Assembly: GCF_009914755.1 (NCBI RefSeq)
Contig: NC_060948.1
From: the human T2T-CHM13v2.0 reference genome, Homo sapiens
DNA length: 64,000 bases
Strand: one strand, 5' to 3'
The notes under the pieces are model-generated. The model saw only the letters and a list, made by a program, of their open reading frames with translations. It had not been told where the DNA came from and made no database searches. The translations under genes were made by a program, and so were the position numbers. Below are positions 55,640 to 64,000 of this stretch, in pieces (position 1 is the first letter of the stretch; every line of letters starts with the position of its first letter).

Positions 55640-55875
55640 TGTCGCTATTAAAATCCAAAAAAAAAAAAAAAAAAAAAATAGATGGGCTTGTTGGAAGGCA
55701 TATGTAATTCAATTACTCAGGAGGCTGAGACAGAAGAATCCCTTACACCCGGGAGACAGATGTTGCATTGGGCCAAAATCATGCCTTTCCACCCCAGCCT
55801 GGGTGACAGAGTGAGGCTCCATCTCAAAAAAAGCAAAAAACAAAAAAGTAAAAAAGGAACAAAACAAAACAAAAA
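55640..55875 (+). mobile_element. Alu right arm (left arm missing at the LTR3 junction)
   Basis: Linker A-run followed by ctcaggaggctgagacagaagaat..ccagcctgggtgacagagtgag and A tail. Confidence 0.82.
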
Positions 55876-56408
55876 ATATGATTCAATTAGAAGAACCAAA
55901 AAATAAGATGCGGGCTGAGAAAAGTCTAGGAAACATATCTGAAAAGTGACTTTCATGCGAAATATACAAAGAAATAAGTTGACCCAATTAATAGGTAAAG
56001 ACCTGAATAGATACCTCACCAAACAAGATATGGAGATGGAAAACAGGCAAACGAAATACTGATCGCTAAGCCCCTGTTTCATCTGCTGAAGGCTGAAGCT
56101 CCAAGCCATTTTCTGAGGAACAACAGTGGCTGCCAGAGTGGCAGTGGCTCCAAAGACTATTCCAACCTACCCCAGCTCTACCCTTCCTCCAGGGTGCAAG
56201 CGTTCCCCAGACATTAGGCATGATCTCCAGGAAACAGCCAGAAGCTGGCTGTTTTCTTTCTCAGGTTTTCTTAATTTTATCTATGCCAACAAGTATCCTT
56301 TGGTTGGAAGTTTTATTTTTATTGTAACAATCTTGAGGCCTTGGCAAGTATTAGAAAAGACAGTTTTCAACCTACACTTGTCCCATAAAGAGATAAAATA
56401 ATGGGCTT

Positions 56409-56725
56409 GGCCAGAGATGGTGGCTTGCACCTGTAATCTGAGCACTTTAGGAGGCTAAGCCAAGTGGATGTCCTTAGGTCAGGTATTTGAGATCATCCTG
56501 ATCGACATGATGAAACAAGCTCTCTACTAAAAATATAAAAAATTAGCCAGGAGTGGTGGTGGACTCCTGTAATCCCTGATCTCCAGGAGGCTGAGACAGG
56601 AGAATTGCATGAACCCGGAAAGCTGACATTACCAGAGCCTAGATCACGCCATTGCACTCCAGCCATGGGAACAGAGTGAGACTCCATCTCAAACAAACAA
56701 ACAAACAAAAACAAACAAACAAAAC
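56409..56725 (+). mobile_element. AluS (diverged)
   Basis: Dimeric Alu with (AAAC)n tail. Confidence 0.88.
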
Positions 56726-57579
56726 TATTCAATTGCTTTATTAGGCAGTTATTTTAGAATGATTGGTAGAATTCATTATTATTTTAGTATGCTGAAGATA
56801 GAAAACACAGTGACAGCAATAAGTAAAAACCAAATAACAAGTCATTATAAATTCCTGGAATTAATTTCATCTATCATTCTTTCTGGCTTTTGTTATTTAA
56901 AATGTGTACTGCTGAAATTATCAGATGTTTTATTTGTGACGTCTAAATGCAAAAAGAGACAAAAGTTAGTAAACCATTATTAAATGAATCTCAGTCTTCA
57001 AATTTCATTCTGATACAGTGGAATGTTTTGTGAAAGATGAAAAACTAACAGACCAAACACATGTGATTTCAAATTTTGGCTTACTTTTGTAGAAGCAGAT
57101 TTAAGAACCAAAACCTTCATAGTTCTAATCTTTGTCAATGATTCAACACTGCAAGATAGGTACTGAAGTTGAAATCAGAGCTTTTTGTCAATTCCAACAG
57201 AAACTAGCTTGTGCTCTAGAAATTCCTGTTGCTCCCCTGACATCTGTAAAGAAATAATTTGATTGAAAGAGATCTCAACAAAGTGAAGCATCACACTAAT
57301 ACACCACGTTGTCTTAGTAGCTGCAGTTCACTATTTTATTGTAGTAACCATAAAATTAGAAAAAATAGCAGGATAAATGACTATGTGGACCAGCATAATG
57401 TTCTGAGTTTTTACCAAGTAGAGCTTATAATGTGTTTTTAAAAATTGATTTTCTGTGGCACAATACATGCATGTTTTTTGGCAGCAATCATAGATTAATG
57501 AACAAGCAATAACAGCAAAATAATGCTTAACAACAATTGTCATCTGGGGAAGGCAAATTAACATAAGAATGAGAGCACT

Positions 57580-58760
57580 AAACAGCTATACTATGTCTAA
57601 ATATCTTTTTAAATATAATCAAAACTGCAACAGAAAATCTCATTCATTGCTGATGGAATGCATAATTGTACAACAACCTTAAAATATGGCTGTTTTCTTC
57701 TGCCACAGTTTGGCAGTTTTTTCCAAAGGAAAACATGATCTCATCATATAGGCTAACAATTGCACACTTAGGTATTTAGACAACAGATTTGGAAACTCGC
57801 ATCTAACCAAAAACCACATGCATTTATGTATAACTGCTCTCTTGACAATGGCCAAATACTTTAAGGAAACAGGATACCCTTCAATATTAACCAAGCCAGA
57901 TAAATTCATAAAATGTGATACTATTCATTAAAAGAAAAAGAGTGATTTATGAAGTCATGCAAAGCCATGGAAGCATCAGGTATACATAAAGCTAAGTGAT
58001 AAAAGCCACTCTGAGGAGATGACATATTGTGTGATTTCATTTCTGTTGCATTACAGAGAAGAAATGTCTACAGAAACGGTAAATAGATTTGTAATTTACA
58101 GTGGTTTGTAGCAGGCAGGTAGTGAGTTGAATAGGAGAATGCAATGATGGAAAGAAACACAAATGGGCTGGGTGAGAAGGGACTCATTCTGCTTGATGAG
58201 ATCATGCTGGTCGTGCGGAAGAGCTAGGAATGTGTATAACAGCATGAATAACTAAATAGGCTTCTACTCATGATAAGAGAGGAGTGTCTTCTTTCATCAC
58301 ACATGTAACTATTTTAGGACAACTTCTGAGGAAGCTTTTGTTGAATGTGATAAAACATACATAAACAAATTTACCATTTCAAACATCTTTGAATGTATAG
58401 TTCAGTAGCATTAACTATGCTCACACTGTGCAACCGTTACCACAATTTCTCATTCTCACTGGCAATGTATAAGGGTTCCAATTTCTCCACATACTCTCAA
58501 ACTTTTCCTTAACAAAAATAGATATTCCAATGGGGATAAAGTGGTAATCCCATGGTGGTTTAGGTGTTTATTGGCTGTGGATTTGTAAATGATTTCTTGG
58601 CTTTATCACTGAATGAACATAAAACAAAAGAAAAGATAGATCAATCGAATTTCATCAAAACTAAACACTTTGGTGCATCAAAGGACACTGTCTAGTTAAA
58701 AGGAAACCAACAGCATGGGACAAAATATTTGCAAGTCTTATGTATGTTATATATTCCAGT
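57580..58760. mobile_element. Old L1M (ME/MC) fragments, mixed orientation
   Basis: ctcattcattgctgatggaatgc..cagtttggcagtt; aatttcatcaaaactaaacactttggtgcatcaaaggacac. Confidence 0.55.
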
Positions 58761-58971
58761 CACCCACTTGGATCTCTTCCAACTGCACTTTCCATTTTTT
58801 CTTACGCTAAAACTTTTTAAATAAACATCCACGTTTGCTGTGAAACTTTTCTCAGTCTCTTTTGCTACTTTATTCCCCTCAGCCAAATTCTTTCTTCTGA
58901 GGAGGCAAGAGTTGATGTTACTGCAGACCATGATAGATTTGACAGCAGTAACAGATACTTTCACTGGTAAC
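58760..58971 (+). mobile_element. ERV1 MER4-group LTR 3' portion
   Basis: aataaa..tattcccctcagccaaattctttcttctgaggaggcaagagttgatgttactgcagacc..ggtaaca U5-type ending. Confidence 0.6.
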
Positions 58972-59099
58972 AGGTCGAGGAGCTGGTGGATAGTGTGGCT
59001 GGAGTACATGCCTAGTATGTGGTGGGCCTGGCCCCAGGCAGTTCTGGACTGTGGAGGGACCAGAACCCCATTCTGAGAGCACTCTGTGGAATGCTGAGG

Positions 59100-59838
59100 A
59101 AGAAGTTTTGTCTTTTTAGTGAGGTGAAGTTCCTTCACATAATATAAAATTAACTGTTTCTTAATGAATTCTTTAGTGATCCTTAGGACATGCACATTTG
59201 TATGCAACAACCACCTCTAAGTTCCAAACTGTTTTCATCATCCAGAAAAGAAAAAACCCTACCTATTAAGGAGCTACTACCCAATCTGTCCTCTTTCTGA
59301 CACCTAGCAACCAGTAATCTGCTTTTTGTCTCTATGGATTTACCTATTCTAAATTTTATATAAATAAAATCATACAGTATGTGAATTTTGTCTTCAACTT
59401 CTTAAATCAAAATGGTTTTGAAATTTCTCCACATTGTAGCATTAGTGTTGTAATCCTTTTTACAGCTGAACATTATGCCATTGTATGGATATACTACATT
59501 TTGCTTCTTACTTTTTGTTGGTGAATATTTATTTGGTTTCTTTCCACATTTTAGTTATTGTGAATGCTGCTATGAACATATGTATACAGCTTTTGTTTGA
59601 ATACCTGTTTTACATTTTGTGTGTATAGCTTGGAGTGGATTTTCTGCGTTCTTTGGTAATTTTATATTTAGCACTTGCAGAACCACCAAACTACTTCCCA
59701 CAGCAGTGGAAGCATTTTACTTTCAAATTTTCCCACTTCCTTTCAACAACTGTTAGCTTTTGTTTGTTTGTTTGTTTTTTGGAATTATAATGGATGTGAA
59801 GTGATATCTTACTGTGGTTTTGACTTGCATTTCCATGA
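59100..59838 (-). mobile_element. L1MB/MC 3'-end fragment
   Basis: ctagcaaccagtaatctgctttttgtctctatggatttacctattct..gtgaagtgatatcttactgtggttttgacttgcatttcc. Confidence 0.7.
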
Positions 59839-60912
59839 GGTTAAAAGGGGCAGGAGGCATAAGAGTTGGCGGAGCAAGAGGAAGGGTCAGGACAGCCAAG
59901 TGGAGAGGGTAGGCAAGTGCCAGGGACCACAGTGGTTGTGGCAGCCTCTGCCCAGTCTCAACTACAGCAGTGAATAGAAAAGTGAGCCCATGTTTGTAGA
60001 GTGGATTTTTTCACAATCTAGCTGTTTCAACAAGGAGAGCATGTGATTCGGGGGACTTCTCTCCCTCTTCTCATGCATCCCCTATATTCAGTCCTCACTG
60101 GGCACCTGCCTGGAGCCAACCTGGTCTCAGCTCCCAGACAAAGGAGAGCTTCATGCCCTGGGAACCTGATCCCTGTGGCCCCTAATGGACACAGGCCTGG
60201 AGGGAGGAGCACAGCTCATATGTGCTACAACAAGGACTGTAAAGTATGGAAGTGGCCACAACATTTAGCCCAGTCATACCAGGCCACATGAACCAGGCTC
60301 ACCAGTCACGGGCCTCAGCCTCCCTCTTGAGACAGGAACTGCCACAACCATCAATCTCAACAGCCTTTCCAGGATTTAATAGGCCAAACACCTTGGAATT
60401 CTGCTGATTTTAAATTCTGCTGTCATTCCACATCTCACGCAACTGTAGCGCTAGAGACTGGAGTCAGAATCTGCAGGTTGCTTTCTCCTGCTGGTGCAGG
60501 AGAATGTGCCAAGTCAGTCTCCACTTATGGCTGGTACACAGAGCTCCACTTGTGGCTGCTTGGCCACCAGCATTTAATTATTTCCACTGTTACCTCTAAG
60601 GTTTACCAAACTGTATCTGTGGTGTAAGCTGTCACTACCTTCCCTTCCTTTGGGCCTTCCAGAGACTACCTCAAAACACCTATCACACTCAAAAACAAAC
60701 TACTGTGGATTTGGTCAACTCTGGGTTGACATTTAGAAAAGCTGTGGCCTCAGAAAGCAGCTTCCTTTCTGCTCCAAATCTACTAGGCTCTACAAGGAGC
60801 ATTAAGATGGCCCTGCGCTCAGACACAGAAAAGTTCTGGGTGCAAGTCTTAGTCCTCCCTTCTGCAAACCAGATTGATGACCTAATACAGTACCCAGCTG
60901 CCCAGTGCCTCC

Positions 60913-63900
60913 CTAAACCTAAACTTAATCATAACATTAACCTTAACCCTGCTTCTACCCCTAATCCTAATCCAGGATCCCTAACACTAACAGCAACCTC
61001 AAGCCTCAAACTTGACCCCAACATCAACCCTATGCCTAACCACTCACCAAAACCGAAGCCCCAAAACAAATCCCAACTCTAAATCCTAACTCTAACAGCT
61101 AAACCTGAATTTGACCCTGACCCTGATAATAACCCTAACCCAAGGGTAATCCAAACATTACATAAACATGAACTTAAACCCTAAGACTAAAACCCTAACC
61201 CTAAAGCCCTAACCCTAAGACAAAAACACTAATCCTAAACAAAAAACCCTATCTCTATCCATTAAAAGCTAATGTTAACCCTAAAATATTACCCCTAACA
61301 CTAACCACAACACCTAACACCTAGTCCTAAATTCTAGCTCCTAAACCTGCTTTCTGAACAGGAACATAACACTCATATTAAGTCTAATACTAAACCCTAA
61401 GTCCAATCCTAGAACTCTTATTACAACCCTAACCCTACACCTACCCAAAACCTAAACCTAGCTGTTACATAAAACCCAAACCCTAATCCTAACATTAATC
61501 TTTAGCCCAACCCTAACCCTACACCTAACCATAACCCCTAACCCTAAGCCTAAATAGTAACATTAACTCTAACCCTAATGTGTTACCCAATTTGTACCCT
61601 GATGCAAACCCTAACCCTAATTCTAACCAATAATCATAACCCTAACTGTAATCATAATTCTAAACATAACCTTAACCCCTTAATCTAAATTTAAACACTA
61701 ACGATAACTATAACCCTAAAGCATAACCTACTCCTACCCTAATGTTAACAGTAACATTAAACAATAATTCTAAACATAATCCTAATTCTAACACCATCTC
61801 CTTTCTATAACACCAACAGAACCATATCAACAAGCCCAATGAAAACACGAACAGTAACACTAAACACCAACCCTAACACTAACCCCTGACACAAATTCTA
61901 TATCCTAAAGCTAACCCTAACCCTAAATTTTAACCCATATCCTCTAGCCCTAACCCTAAAACTTACTCTATCTGGTAACCTAAAGGTAATCCTTACCCTA
62001 AATACTAACCCTAACTTAACTCTAAAACTAACCTTGAAACCTTAACCCAAAGCCAATCTCTTATTTTTATAAGTAATCTTAATGCTAACAATGAAACACT
62101 GAAGAAGTGAACCTAACCATAAGCTCAACACATAACCCTAACAATAACACCAATCCTAACTGTAAAATCGTAAATCCTGAACTTTAACACTAAAAGTAAC
62201 CTAACTCTAAACCCATCCCTAAAAATAAGCCTAAACCATGTCTCTAAAACTAAAACCTAACCATAATCCTAATCATTTCATAAATTGTAATCATAACCCA
62301 TAATCCTAACCATTAACCAAAACCCTAACCCTAAATGCTAAACTAAACCTTAGTCGCTAACTGTAACACTAACACAAACGCTAATCCCTAACACTAATCC
62401 TAAACCCTAACACTAACAGAAAACTCAATCCCTAATACCTACCCCAAATCCTAACCCTAACTTCAACACTAACACCAACACCAAATGTATGCCCAACCCT
62501 TACCACTATTCCTAAAGCTTTTACCGTTAACCCTACACCTTCATGAACACAACCCCAAATATAAACATAAACCTTACCTTACTCTAAACAGAGATTCCTA
62601 AGCCCAAATCCTAACCCTAACTGTAAAACTCACCCTAAAAAATACTCTAAACATTAGCCAAACCATAAACCCTAACTCTAACACTAACACCCAATCCCAA
62701 GCCCTACTCTAACCCTAACACTAACCCTAATCCTAATCTTTAGCCAAATGCTTTAGCCAAACACTTTAAAGATCATCCTAACCCTAACTAAACCACAACC
62801 AGGTACCCAACGTTAAACTGTAAACCAGCACTAAACCCTAACCCTAAAATTTAACACTAAACCAAACACTTTAATCATAACACTAACACTAAACATAACG
62901 CTCACCCTACTTTTAACCCTCATTCTGAATCCTAAACCTAACCTTAATCCAAACCGTAATGCGAACCCTTACACTACCACCTAAACCTAACCCTAATTCT
63001 AACTATAAAATCTGAAATCCCAAAAACACTTAAGATAACTTTAAATGCATCCCATAACTCTGAAACTCAGACTAAACACTAACCCCAATACCCTTATCCT
63101 AACAGTAAAACGAACATAATTCTAACATAATCTTAACCTTGGCACTAAACCCAAAAATAACTCTTACCCTAAACACTGAACCTAATCATAACCTTAACCA
63201 TAGATCATAAACCCTAACCATTAACACTAACCCTAGCCCTAAAACAAAACCTGTAACCATAATTAAACCTAAACCCTAAACCTAAACCTAATCTTAGCCC
63301 CTAACTCTAGAAAAACCATAATACCAACACTAACCATAAATGCTCACCCCTAACCCTAACAATAAACAAAACGCTGACACTAAACTCTAACCCTAGTCCT
63401 AAACTGTAAACCCAAACCTAAGTGTAAACCTAATCATGACCACTAACCTCAACCTCAAAACAGACCCAGCACTCTCATGCTGAACCTAAATACAAAGTCC
63501 TAATCGTATGTCCAACACTAACACTAACATCTAGCCAAAAATGATGAACATTAACCTTAACAATAACCCTGAACCCTAACCCTGAACCCTGAACCCTAAC
63601 TCTGAATATGACCATAAGCCCCATCCTAATGCTAAATATTAACCCAAACACTGAAACCTAACACTAACACTCTAACCCTTACCCTCACACTAACCCTTAA
63701 CACCAACCCTAACCCTGGCCATGATCCTAATTCCTAACCTCTAACTGTAAGCCTGGCTTTTTATGCTAAACCTAAGCATAACCCAACCCCAAACCTAACC
63801 TCTAACCCTGATTATGAACCTTAACCCTGAAGTCAACCCTAACCCTAGCCCATAACCCTAATCTTAACTCTAACTGCAACCGTAATCCTACCACAGCACT

Positions 63901-64000
63901 AAATCTTATCTCAAGTCCAGCGTTAACCCTCAGTCTAATACTGAAGTTGTTCTGCAATTGTAAACCATATCCTAATCCTCCGTTTCTATCCTATCCTTAA
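60913..64000. repeat. Highly degenerate telomere-like (CCCTAA)n array (interstitial telomeric sequence); runs to the window edge
   Basis: Dense CCCTAA and variants (CACTAA, CCTTAA, CCATAA, TCCTAA, CTCTAA, CCCTGA) over ~3.1 kb; strong G depletion on the + strand; perfect runs only about 2 units long. Confidence 0.92.

Noticed and set aside
58692-59210. 172-aa minus-strand ORF
   Set aside because: It spans L1 and LTR fragments; chance open frame.
60705-61082. 125-aa Pro/Asn-rich ORF
   Set aside because: The C-terminal half is translation of the degenerate CCCTAA repeat; non-ATG start.
60913-64000. True chromosome end, or a CRISPR-like repeat-spacer array
   Set aside because: No long perfect TTAGGG runs, the strand orientation is wrong for a right-hand end, and there is no constant repeat with unique spacers; the DNA is eukaryotic.

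Overview
This is repeat-dense primate (human/great-ape-like) genomic DNA. I found no intact protein-coding gene, RNA gene or CRISPR array, and the supplied ORFs are almost all pseudogene or transposon fragments or chance ORFs. Main contents, left to right: (1) MaLR/L1MA/Alu patchwork, then a decayed class I ERV (LTR-gag-pro-pol, ~4.35-11.33 kb) whose integrase end abuts the core promoter of (2) an unprocessed four-exon TUBB8/TUBB4Q-type beta-tubulin pseudogene (11462-13667, +). (3) A multi-exon FAM166A/CIMIP2A-like pseudogene lies tail-to-tail on the minus strand (13829-15998); the ORF track shows only scraps of it. (4) Old L1s, Charlie3/MER1, a full-length Hsmar2 nested in an MLT1 LTR, Tigger3, Alus, L1PA and L1PB. 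(5) An 11-kb co-oriented ERV mosaic: HERV15/RRHERV-I (Ile PBS, apparent GA>AA editing), a second gamma-like gag fragment, and HERV-K(HML-6) pol/env with LTR3. (6) A ~3.1-kb highly degenerate (CCCTAA)n telomere-like array running off the right edge. The layout looks like a subtelomere-derived segmental duplication, possibly the Y-chromosome copy (inference from memory, needs BLAT). Repeat subfamily names come from recognition of consensus sequences, not from a search. I do not see evidence for a wholly new biological system.
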